A model generated the notes under the pieces. That model was given only the letters and a program-made list of their open reading frames with translations. It did no database searches and was not told the DNA's origin. From Octopus sinensis (taxonomy: Eukaryota), in assembly GCF_006345805.1 (NCBI RefSeq), contig NC_043014.1, forward strand, positions 26,784,001 through 26,848,000: a DNA stretch of 64,000 bases. The letters are read 5' to 3'. Shown here piece after piece: positions 52,931-64,000 of the stretch (its first letter is position 1; every line of letters begins with the position of its first letter). A program made the translations under genes and the position numbers.

Positions 52931-55028
52931 ATGGCAAATCCCAATTTCAGCTTTTTCTCTTGCTAAGTAAGTGTGTCCCCTAACTTCACTCCTAACTCCC
53001 TGGTATAATGCTGTGCTACTCCCATTCTTCTGGTCTTTCCAAGCTCATCTCTTTGTTCTTGTGGTTCTATCTACCTCACTGTTCTACTACCATGTCACCT
53101 TCAGCCTGGCTGGAACTTTGCACCAGCCACAGACTTGTCTTTAGTCCACAGGAACTTCCAGTTGTCTGTTAAGCTGTGAGTTTTTATCTCCTCTTCTCTG
53201 ATATCAAAGGTTTTAACAAGTACCTCTCTAGATTTCTGACTGTTTGCTGGCTCATTAATCTTCTCTCTCTTCTTTTTCTTAATTGATTTCTCACAATCAG
53301 AAATGCTAAAAACCAGTGATTAACTTGTTGAAAACCTGTAATAATCAATGGTGCCATTGTTCATCAACTACAATTTCAAATTAAAAAAAAAAGATGAAAT
53401 AAAAAAGAAAAAAACCTGAATGAAACTAATATGTAGGGGTAAACCTGAGAAGCAAATTAATGAGAATTTATTCATTAACAAATTATACTTGAAGATACCT
53501 TTGTGTTGGGATGTGAAAGAATTGAATTTATCAGCCCAAAAGTTTAGGTTCAACATGTTTCTGGAATCATCTATTAGTGAGTTAACTGAAAGAGGAAGAA
53601 AATACATCAGAAGGCAGAGGTAGAGTAGGATTGCTATTGTTCAGAGACATAATTAAATTGGTAACTTTCTTCTACTAGTTTCTTTTATGATATATTGAAA
53701 ATATTAATTTGAGATAGAAAACAAGGAAGCCTGATGAGAAAAATGAAAAGAGCAACCTTCCACTGCAAAGGCTTGTTTAGGAATCCCAGTGAACCACTAC
53801 CCAGTTTGTATTTTCAAATCAAAAGGAAGTGAACCTATACAAATAGACTAAGATCAAGCCATGGTAGTATAGTGGCTAACTTGCTTTGATGGGAAAACAC
53901 ACAATCCCTATAAGCATGGTAATCATTACATGACACAGACATCACATGTTGCACTGTCTGGCCACTTTGATCATAGGGAAATACAGAAGAAACAATCTAA
54001 GAAGTTGGCAGGGCACACAACAACAGGATTTGATTAGGTGTCAAAAAACACCATGCAAAACAACAACGACTGAATGTGTTACAGACGGCTTGTTATTTCT
54101 TCTTTCTAAACTCAAAGCAACAAATGTTCATTTTTTTTGGTTTTGTTTGTCCTTTATTCCAGCTATTTCAGCTGTTCCATACAATTGAAATAGTATTTCA
54201 TTTGCTTAACAGATAACCTCATACCTCACTACAATAAACATTTCATTTAATGCCTAGCACTAGAATGAGCCTTATGAACATAAGCAAATTACGATAAGCA
54301 TGAAGTGCCTGATGATTTATCAAGTGGGACGCTTGTGGCAATAAAAATAGTACTGTTAAACTAGCAGAAAAAAGTATCCCTATTTATATAATACCTAATT
54401 ATATGTTTATCATCATCATCATTTTAACATTCATTTTTTCTATGTTCCCAGGAGTTGGATGAAATTTATTAATGCAGATTTTCTATGGCAGGATCCTTCC
54501 TGCTACCAACCCTCACCAATTTCTGAATAAGGTAATATTTATCCATACTAGCAGACACTTGTCCAAGTGGGACTGAACTCAGAACTATGTGTTTGAGAAG
54601 TAAACTTCTTACTACACAGCCACACCAGCGCTTAATATAATTATATCCCATCAGCTGTTGTTCATCAACTACTGGATGAAAACTTCAGTATGCTGTTGAC
54701 AACTTGCCTAGGCTAGTTACAGGCTTACATGTCCACACTGGCCAATTACAGATTGACAGGGTTCTTTTTGATATGATAATTAACTCTGGTCATCAGCACT
54801 TAGGTGGAATTAGAACAGATACCATCAATTTACCACTCTGGACAGATACTTCAACCATTTAAAGCAGTCATATCCAGCCCAAATATTCTTTCTGATTTAT
54901 TTTCAAAAAAGCCAGATCCAACCTCTTACACCTACCTTACAATACAGTTCTATATTTAAGGAATATCTGAGGAATTATGTACATTATTTACAAGTGACAG
55001 ATATTTGTCCTCATCTTGTTTGTTGTTA

Positions 55029-55070
55029 ACACGTTTCGGCTGATATACTCTCCAGCCTTCATCAGGTGTC
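55029..55070 (-). ncRNA. Minimal hammerhead ribozyme-like motif (Penelope type), likely damaged
   Basis: Minus strand gacac CTGATGA a ggctg-gagagtatat-cagcc GAAAC GT gtt; core, stem II and palindromic ACGT present; cleavage triplet and stem I junction imperfect. Confidence 0.55.
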
Positions 55071-55141
55071 TTGGGGAAATTTCGAACCTGGGTTCTCATT
55101 CCTAAGGTATTTTTCAATATTGTTGTTGTTGTTGTTGTTGC

Positions 55142-55176
<35 letters not shown>

Positions 55177-55591
55177 TCACTGTCTGGAATTGAACTCAGA
55201 ATCTTGGGGTTAGAAGCCACACTCTTAACCACTACACCATATGACTTCAGCTAGATTTGAACTCAGATCACACAGTCAGAACAAATACTGCAAGACATTC
55301 TATTTGGCACAAACAATTGTGAGTTCACCAGCTATATAATCATATTGTACTTATTTATATAGTAGCTAATAAAATTATATACTACATATTCATATAGTAC
55401 CTCACTTAAGAAGTGGGTACAGCAGGTACTCTGTTATGTAATCAACAACACAATCAGTGTTATTGATTACAGGTGGGTATGATGGAAGTGGAGGAAAAAA
55501 GAAGAAGGAAATTGATGTTTTAGCAGAAAAAAAAAGAAAACAAAAAGTTAAACAAATTATTGTATCATTAAAAAGAGGTTTAAACTCTCAC

Positions 55592-55665
55592 TTTTAACAG
55601 TCTTCTCATTCCGCTCCATCAAACGGTTGTACACCACTTCATGCCCATCACTGTTGAAACCATAC
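55592..55665 (-). CDS. DHODH: DHODH exon 4
   Basis: tttag|G TAT GGT...AAA A|gtgaga, 74 nt; (R)YGFNSDGHEVVYNRLMERNEKTVK. Confidence 0.95.
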
Positions 55666-56199
55666 CTAAAGTAATAATAACTAGGTGATTTTAGTGATAA
55701 ATGATGATGATGTTTTCTTTACTAACCACAAAGAGTTGACAAAAATATTGGAGATAGTACAGGAAGATACAGCTGGTGGGGGAGGTTACATGAAAGATCA
55801 TGTAAAGAAGTATAAGAGTATTCGGATAGAGTGCCTAAGAGAGAAGACTGTGTTGTGATGGCCATGTGATGGATGACAATTAGATAAAGGGCTTAACACT
55901 CAAAACAGAAAGAAGCTGCGAAAAACGAAAGATAAAGGAAGGCATAGGTATAATAGTGGTGGTCAATCTCAAGAAAATAAACCTCACATAGGAGATAACA
56001 ATATACAACAATTCATGCAACACTAAAAGAAAGAAAAAACCACTGAAGCCATGCAGATATGAAAAAATGAGCATAAATATTACGATGATGAGTAATGATA
56101 GTAAGAGCAAGGATTTCTAACTTTGGCACAAGGCAATGAATTCACAGAGAAAAACAGTCAGTTATATCAACACCTCTCATTACATGAATGGTACATGAC

Positions 56200-57760
56200 T
56201 TGGACTCAAAATACATTTTGTCCACCACAATAACAATTCAGCCAGCTTACTGCCTTAATATTAATAATAAAAATCGAAACTAAATATTGTAAGTCATTTT
56301 GCCCAGCATGCTATGTTTCTACTAACTGGTTTCATAAATTAGACACAAACCTGGAAGTAGAGAATAGCTGAGAATATATTGACATCCTCTATTTGACTAG
56401 CACTTAATTTTATCAATGCAAAATTAAACTGAGTTATGTCAAGGGACGTAACACATTAAGTCTAATTCTGCAATTTAACGCTCTTGTAATAATAATGATT
56501 TCAAATTTTGACACAAGACCAGCAACTTCAGGAGAAGGATAAGTCGATTGTATCGACTCCAGTGTTCAGCTGGTATTATTTTATTGACCCCAAAAGGACG
56601 AAAGGCGAAGTCGACATTGACGGAATTTGAACTCAGAAAGTAAAGATGGGTGAAATGCCGCTAAGCAATTTGCCTGGCATGCTAATGATTCTTCTAGATA
56701 GTAACGGCAATGATTTTCACCTTTAGTTCTAAGTCAAACATTTGTAGGTGAAGTTGACTCTATTGAATATCCTCCAATAAATAACTGGTACCTACTTTAA
56801 CAACTCCAAACAAACGACAAAGAAAATCGGTTCTGGTAGGATTTGATCTCAGAATATAAAAGGATATTACTCTAAACACAAGTATATTAACATAGCAATT
56901 TATCATTTCTGCCACAACCCTCACCTGGTATTGATTTAGGCACAAGGCCAGCAATTTTGGTAGAAGAAAGTCGATTATACCAAGCCCCTTTACTCGACTG
57001 GTACTTTATTCCATCAACTCTAAAAGGATGAAAACTAAAGCTGACTATAGCATGATTTGAACTCAGAATGTATTGCTGAAAGAAGAACAAGACGTTTTCC
57101 CAAACTAACAATTCCACAGCATGCCATCTCAATAATCTTTTCTACTCTAGGCACAAGGCCTGAAATTTTTTTGGGGAAAGGCAAAGACGACCTCAGTGGA
57201 ATCTGAACTCAGAACGTAAAGATAAACGAAATACCGCTAAGCATTTCGCTTGGCATGCTAACGTTTCTGTCAGTTCGCCGCCTTGTGCTATCCCAATAAT
57301 GATAACTGTAATAGTTTTGAGGGGAGGGAGAAATCAATTACATTGATCCCATTGCTCAACTGGTATTTATTTTATTAACTCTGAAAGAATGAAAGGTAAA
57401 GTCGACCTTGGCAGTATATGAACTCAGATTGTAAAGAGTCAGAAGAAATACATTTTGTTCAGCACAATAACAATTCAGCCAGCTTACTGCCTTAATATTG
57501 ATAATGATTTCTAATTTAGCTACAAGGCCAGCAAGTGTGAGAGTCAATACCATCAATTCCAATACTTGGCTAGTACTCTATTGACCCCACCAAAAGAGGA
57601 AAGGCAAAGTTAAGTTCACCAGAATTTGATCACAGAATGTAAAGTGCCAGAAAAAAAAATACAGGGCAAAATTCTACCCTCCACCACCTAATAATAATTC
57701 CTAACATAGGAACAAGGCCAGAAATTCGCCGGGGAATATATTCAATGAACAGGACTGCAC
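56200..57760 (+). repeat. Dense cluster of decayed copies of a short interspersed repeat
   Basis: Recurrent ggcacaaggccagcaa...ctggtacttatttt...aaaggatgaaaggcaaagt...gaatttgaactcagaa units. Confidence 0.75.
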
Positions 57761-57977
57761 TAAGTTGCAGCTAGGTATCAGGATGATATTGATCACTACT
57801 TAGGAATAACACTGTAAAACTAAGTTACAAATAAAAACTATCCTACCTAAGGAGATATTTGTTTTATCTGTTCATCATCATGGAAACCAGTGACAAATGC
57901 AGCCCAGTAGACTCTGGCCATCCTTAAAATAAAACCAACAATTGTAATTATTGCTGTGTTATTCCATGACTAGGCAT

Positions 57978-58250
57978 TGTCACATAACAGACACCCATGC
58001 CATTAGCACATAAAAAGCACCATTTGAACGTTGGATCTCATGGAGGTGGTAAGTGACTGAGACCTTTGGCGATATGCAATGCTTGAGAAGACTTGTCAAG
58101 CCAAGTAAAATCATAGTTGAGGCCAATGCCAGTGTCATGTGAAAAGCACCCATTACACTCTTGAAATGGTTGGCATTAGGAAGAGCATTCAATCATAGAA
58201 ACCATGCCAAATCAGACTAGAACCTGGTGCAGCTCTCCAGCTTACCAGTT
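57978..58250 (+). mobile_element. RTE 3'-UTR segment paralogous to 62206-62512, fused to the exon 3 duplicate
   Basis: Shares cccattacactcttgaaatggttgg and gcattca.tc.tagaaaccatgccaaatcagact with 62206-62512; not seen in the other copies I compared. Confidence 0.75.
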
Positions 58251-58446
58251 CAATCACAGCACAATCTTCATCTAATCGAAACACCCTTGGCTTTGGATTG
58301 CCAGGCTGAGGTTTTGGGGTGATGCTGCCAACTTCTACAAAACCAAAACCAATCTTCAAACTTCCGTTAACAGCTTCTCCATGTTTATCAAATCTAACTG
58401 CCACACCCACAGGACTGTGGAACTCAAGATCCCATACCCTAGTATT
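58246..58446 (-). pseudogene. DHODH: Duplicated DHODH exon 3 (pseudo-exon) in intron 3
   Basis: 14 substitutions over about 195 aligned nt versus 61061-61255. Acceptor (tttag) retained. The donor gtaagc comes from an adjacent retroelement 3' sequence. Length is 201 nt instead of 200, and AAG is changed to AVR in the AAGFDK motif. Confidence 0.9.
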
Positions 58447-58549
58447 CTAAAATTATATAAAATAAGTGTGATGTGAATATTTAAATAATCTTCCTTTTTA
58501 TAGTTTCAATTTACAGATTAATAAAACAAATCTCTACATGTTTACAGTA

Positions 58550-59529
58550 TCTCTCTATATATAAACGGCAGTTTGTCTGTCTGTGTGTCTGTCAGGTTGT
58601 ACCCTCACCCTGACCATGGTTTTCAACCGATTCTGATGAAACTTGACACACACATAGCCCAATGTCATAATTCAAAACTAACGCAGTGAAAATTTTGAAA
58701 AGTTCCCCCAGTTCTGAAAAAAAATCGATAAATTCGACATGGGTCAAGAATCAAAGCTTTTTATATGCAACACATTTTCAACAGACTGTCTAGGGGACGC
58801 AACTCGACCTTTTTAACTCTCCGATCATGTGGGATCATCATCATCATCATTTAACGTCCGCTTTCCATGCTAGCATGGGTTGGACGGTTCAACTGGGGTC
58901 TGGGGAGCCCGAAGGCTGCACCAGGCCAGTCAGATCTGGCAGTGTTTCTACAGCTGGATGCCCTTCCTAACGCCAACCACTCCGAGAGTGTAGTGGGTGA
59001 TTTTATGTGCCAAAGTATCCCAAAATGTATAAAAATGTACAAAAACGGCAAAAAAGCGGGCAGCATTGTGAGTGACAACAACGAAAAAGTCAAAAGTGAC
59101 CAAACTGAACAAACGAATGGAAAAGGTTTTTTTGATGCACACGACAAAAGCGGTTTATAATAAACCAAGAGTTTGCAAGTAGCGTCCGAGGACCCTTAGG
59201 GTACGTCAAAATTTTAAGGTAAAACGTTTGGGGTAGTAGTTATAAAGAAAGTGTAAACAAAAAAGTATTCGAATAACTTGCGGCTGCAGCAGCTATTAGC
59301 AGAAGTGGCGGGTAAAGTTGGGAGTAAAGTCTCGAATGTAATTTCTTCCTGGTAGGAATTGGTTGGGTTGAATTATCGATAGCTGTTTGATAGTTATATG
59401 GGAGTGAAGAGAAGACATTGCAACCTACACATGCGCCTTTGTTCCCTAGAGGGAAAGGACTAGATTGGGATTAGTCATTGCCTACTAGGGGCTCTTACAT
59501 ACCCGGGCAACGCCGGGCTATGCTGCTAG
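58550..59529 (+). mobile_element. Complete non-autonomous Helitron (980 bp) with nested RTE 3' end at about 58834-59012
   Basis: 5' TCTCTCTATATATAAACGG; 3' CCCGG-GCAACG-CCGGG hairpin, 8 nt, then CTAG. Inserted between A58549 and T59530 with no TSD; empty site at 61357/61358. Confidence 0.95.
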
Positions 59530-61055
59530 TCTGCTATAAATAGCAGTCAAATCTCTCTCAAATCACACCCTACCCTTCTGTCAAAATAAAAGAAAGCCAC
59601 ACTTGATAATCTAGTTCTAGATGTACTCACTAAAAAATAAGATGAGATTGTCATAACTTGAATACCTTTAAATACAGATTTGCTAGATTATGATTGATCT
59701 CTAAATAACAACAAAAACATGCTTTATAATTTTGAAAATTCAAATATGTCAAGAAGATATGTGGCATGCAAGAAGTTGATATAATCCATAGATCCATAAC
59801 ACTGTATAACACGAATTTTGTCCTTGGGCACCAACTGTTATTTCCTATATGCTTACTCCAAGAAAGTATGAAAAAATGGCCAATATTTCCTTCAAACTTT
59901 GCTTTTGTTACATTTATTCAAACCCCAAAGAATCCCTCAACACATAACTATGATGCTTTCCCACTGTTCCTGCTCATGATCAGAGATACTCATATGAGCC
60001 ATTAAGGGACATGCTCAAGTAGTTATGGTCAAGCAACTGACAAGCAAATCTGTGGTATTGAGCAGAATATAAGCTTTAATGATTTTTCTGCTTAAGCAAC
60101 TCATCACTGAATCAGTCTGAAATGTAATGGAAAAAGAATCAGTTTCAAAATATAGATGGCCAGGTCACAAAAGCAAAGTTTGAAGGGAATAGTAGTCATT
60201 TTCTTTGATTTCTAGAAGCACATAGGAAATAACACTTCCTGACTAAAGACACAAAAAAATGAAAATTTTGTTACACAGTGTTATTCCAGATATACCAGAT
60301 TTCCACTTTGCTGAGGTACATACAGTACCTCAGCATGCAGTGGACAGTAGTACAGAGGTGAAGTGTAACAGCATGGATATCTTTTTAAAAACAATCAATG
60401 CTGAACGTTTAGCTTCAAGTCAGTCCTGAATCAACCAACCTTATAATCAAAGATATTTCAGTTATGGCTTTCAAATGTTCTTGTATACATATGATGAGAT
60501 TATTTAGTGTGTCCTTCCATGTTTAAGATGGTAGAGAGTGATTTTATGGAGATTTTAACTGCTACATCTAGAAGGTCAAATGACCAATTCATGGCTTTCT
60601 TACTGGCCCCAGCAATTGAAGTCGATGATAGCAACTAAGCAAGTTAAAACACAGATAGAAAGTCTTGTATTATTTGTTCCCATCTTACTTCATCCTGAGT
60701 TCAAATCAACACTGTCCTTCATCCCTTCAGGGTCATTAAATATAAAACCAGTCCAATGCAGCAATTCAGCAGAATTGTTAGAGCACTGGACAAGATTCTT
60801 TGCAGTTTCTTTTCCAAGTCTGTATTCTGACAGCAATGCCTGCACCCAGTAGTATTGCCAAGCTGTATCAGACCTTTCCTTTCCCTCTGGATAATACTGG
60901 TAGCATGGCAATTTACATGTATGGGCAACTTTTGATATTCCATGAAAAACCTTATACAAGTTAGCACCTCAGAGAGGAATTTTCCAGATGGAAAGCCAGA
61001 AGATATATGGAAGCCTCACATAGCAAATGTAGATTTCACAAAATTAACAACTTAC

Positions 61056-61255
61056 CTATTAATCACAGCACAATCTTCATCTAATCGAAACACCCTCGGC
61101 TTTGGATTGCCAGGCTGAGGTTTTGGGGTAATACTGCCAACTTCTACAAAACCAAAACCAATCTTCAAAAGTCCGTCAACAGCTTCTCCATGTTTATCAA
61201 AGCCAGCTGCCACACCCACAGGATTGCGAAATTCAAGATCCCATACCTTAGTATT
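61056..61255 (-). CDS. DHODH: DHODH exon 3 (functional copy)
   Basis: tttag|AAT...AATAG|gtaagt, 200 nt; [66 protein letters not shown](R). Confidence 0.97.
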
Positions 61256-61914
61256 CTAAAATTATATAAAATAAGTGTGAAGTGAATATTTAAATAATCT
61301 TCATTTTGTAGTTTCAATTTACAGATTAATAAAACAAATCTTTACATGTTTACAGTATCTGCTATAAATAGCAGTCAAATCTCCCTCAAATCACACCCTA
61401 CTCTCTGTCAAAATAAAGGAAAGCCACATGAGATAATCTAGTCCTAGATGTACTGACAATAAAATAAGATGGGATTGTCCTAACTTGAATACCTTTGAAT
61501 ACAGATTTGCTGGATCAAGATTGATCTGAGTCTAAATAACAACAAATACAGGCTTTATAATTTTGAGAATTGAAATATATCTTATTAGTTTGGTCAGGCA
61601 GATGGACCTGTGTTCAAGGAATTTGGAGGTGCTCTGAGATTAGGAGAAGAAAATTCAAGAAGGCTGACATTCTGGAGAGGAAAGAGTGTTTGTGCATGGC
61701 TACAGATGAGTGAGTTAGGAACACCTGAGAAAATAGCAAAGGAACAGAAATTTCTATTGAACTTAGGTCACTGTGGTAGAGGTAGATAAGTCAAAGAGAC
61801 AGGAAACAGCACATCTATTAGAGGTTAGGGTGTGCTGACAGTGAAATCAAATTCGACTCAAAATTCGTTTAACCCTTTAGCATTTAAACCGGCCATATCC
61901 AGCCCAAATATTCA

Positions 61915-62540
61915 ACCTGGCATCTTGAGAGAAAAGCTGGGCATAAGAAGCATCAGATGTGGCATGCAAGAGAGACAATTGCACTGGTATGGTCATGTGA
62001 TGGATGAGGACAGCCGTGTAAAAAAGTGCCAATTTCTCTAACTGTGGAAGAGGTATACACAGGAGGGCATGGAACAAGGTGGTGAAGCATGATCTTCGAA
62101 TGTTGGGCTTCACAGAAGTAATGACAAGTGACCGAGACCTTTGGCAATGTGACATTTGACAAGAGTCATCAAGCCAAGTGAAATCATAGTCATGGCCGAG
62201 GCTGGTGTCACATAACAGGCACCCATGCCAGTAGCACATAAAAAGCACCCTTTGAACATTGGATCTCATGGAGGCGATAAGTGACTGAGACCTTTGGTGA
62301 TATGCCATGCTTGAAAAGATTCGTCAAGCCAAGTGAAACTGTAGTTGTGGCCGATGCCAGTGTCACACAGCTTGCACCCATGCCAGTGGCATATGAAAAG
62401 CACCCATTACACTCTTGAAATGGTTGGTGTAAGGAACAGCATTCAGTCGTAGAAACCATGCCAAATCAGACTGGAACCTGGCACAGCTCTCCAACTACCA
62501 GTTTTAGTCAAACCATCTAACCCATGCCAGCATGGAGAGC
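61915..62540 (+). mobile_element. RTE LINE 3' fragment with 3' UTR and (GAT)n tail
   Basis: LREKLGIRSIRCGMQERQLHWYGHVM...VKKC, then the UTR family. Confidence 0.85.
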
Positions 62541-63074
62541 AGATGCTAAATGATGATGATAATTTATGTTTAAACTGGCCAGATCAAACTTCTCACACCT
62601 ACCCAACATTGTTATTTTAGAAATAAACAATTACATCATCAAAACCACAAAGCTGCAGGATTAATTCAAAGCAATGTGAATAAAAAAAAAAACATTACAT
62701 TTGACAAAGTAATCCAAACATTAAAGGGATAAAATAAGTTGTTTGCTGGAAGGGCCAGGGGTATTACCTTTCTTAGAAATTTGATATTCTATAGCATATT
62801 TCTATAGAACTAAGAAGATCACAGAAGAGAAAAGGAGAGATTGAATATGAGCTACCTCTGAAGCCCATTGTAATGTGCTCAAGTATGTGGTGATGAGCAT
62901 AGTGAAATGGAAAGGGACAACTTTAGATGAGACCAACCTAGCATGTGCAGCATGTTGGTAGGCAGCAAATGTGGGGGTTTTCTTTGCAGGAATGCCTATA
63001 ACTGAACCATCAGTTGGCAAAGATTCTATTAACAAGGGAACAAAAGGAGCAGCTGCAGTTTGGGAGGTAAGAGA

Positions 63075-64000
63075 GCTTGTGGAAGATAGATTTTGTATGT
63101 GGCAGATGCTCAGGAGCAATAAACACTGAAAATGTGCAGAGAACAACTTGTGCTACATTCCAGGGAGAAAAACTAGAAGTAGTTGATAGCTTCCGTTACC
63201 TAGGTGACCAAGTCAGTAGTGGGGGTGGGTGCTCTGAAAGTGTAGCTGCTAGAATAAAAATAGCCTGGGCAAAGTTCAGAAAGCTCCTACCTCTGTTGAT
63301 GACAAAGGGCCTCTTTCTCAGAGTAAAAGGTAGATTGTATGATAGATGTGTACGGACAGCCATGCTACATGGCAGTGAAACATGGGCCATGACTGCTGAG
63401 GACATGCATAAGCTTGCAAGGAATGAAGCCAGTATGCTCCGCTGGATGTGTAATGTCAGTGTGCATACTCGACAGAGAGTAAGTACCTTGAGAGAAAAGT
63501 TGGATCTAAGAAGCATCAGATGTGGTGTGCAAGAGAGATGACTGTGTTGGTATGGTCATATGGTGAAAATGGATGAGAATAGCTGTGTGAAGAAGTGTCA
63601 CACCCTAGTGGTTGAGGGAACCTGTGGAAGAGGTAGACTCAGGGAGACCTGGGATGAGGTGGTGAAGCATGACCTTTGAACATTAGGCCTCACTAGTGAC
63701 CGAGACCTTTGGAAATATGCTGTGCTTGAGAAGACACAGCAAACCAAGTGAGATCATAACCCGTGGCCTATGCCAGTGCTGTAACCAGCCCACTTATGCG
63801 TACTTTTCCTTCACTGGACACTATACTCTGCTTGCAAAGACCTGTTGAGGTAAGTAAAATCAAAATCGAAGTCAAATTCGATGACGGCACCGCATGACTG
63901 GCATCCATGCTAGTGGAGTGCTAAGAGTACCATCTAAACGTGATCGTTGCCAGGGCCGCTGACTGGCTTCTGTGCCTGTGGCATGTAAAACACCATTTGA
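63075..64000 (+). mobile_element. RTE LINE 3' fragment (RT C-terminus and UTR), runs off window
   Basis: LEVVDSFRYLGDQVSSGGG...ARIKIAWAKF...KGRLY...VRTAMLHGSETW...MLRWMC. Confidence 0.9.

Larger units (their letters stand above)
29327..61255 (-). other. DHODH: Gene span (exons 1-2 presumably beyond window end): class 2 (mitochondrial, quinone) dihydroorotate dehydrogenase, complement(join(29327..29384,31637..31796,35029..35182,42140..42259,49600..49787,55592..55665,61056..61255))
   Basis: Seven GT-AG exons (200/74/188/120/154/160/58 nt) splice in frame. They contain the hallmark motifs [113 protein letters not shown] and VGADH. Confidence 0.98.

Noticed and set aside
58246-58446. Mutually exclusive coding isoform of DHODH exon 3
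   Set aside because: The 201-nt length breaks the frame into exon 4, and the AAGFDK motif is mutated.
58632-58645. ctgatgaaac as a hammerhead core
   Set aside because: No stem II between CTGATGA and GAAA; it is part of the Helitron internal ccgattctgatgaaacttg motif.

Overview
Eukaryotic, AT-rich and repeat-dense DNA, most likely octopus (inferred from recalled octopus SINE and RTE-LINE families with (GAT)n tails). Two partial multi-exon genes lie tail-to-tail. On the + strand are the last five coding exons (10473-23048) of a divergent SLC7/LAT-type amino-acid transporter. On the - strand are exons 3-9 (61255-29327) of dihydroorotate dehydrogenase (DHODH). Both models have GT-AG boundaries and consistent phases. 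Almost everything else is mobile DNA: head-to-tail Helitrons with a RepHel remnant, Penelope-like elements with hammerhead-like motifs, a FLYWCH-MULE, a DD41D Tc1/mariner, a Gypsy LTR element, RTE LINEs, tRNA-derived SINEs, foldback elements and a retroposed 5S pseudogene. I found no clearly new multi-gene system. The most unusual locus is DHODH intron 3. It holds a circularly permuted copy of exon 3 whose splice donor comes from a retroelement (possible poison exon). A Helitron inserted into that copy, and its exact empty site is visible in the parental copy. All alignments were made by eye.
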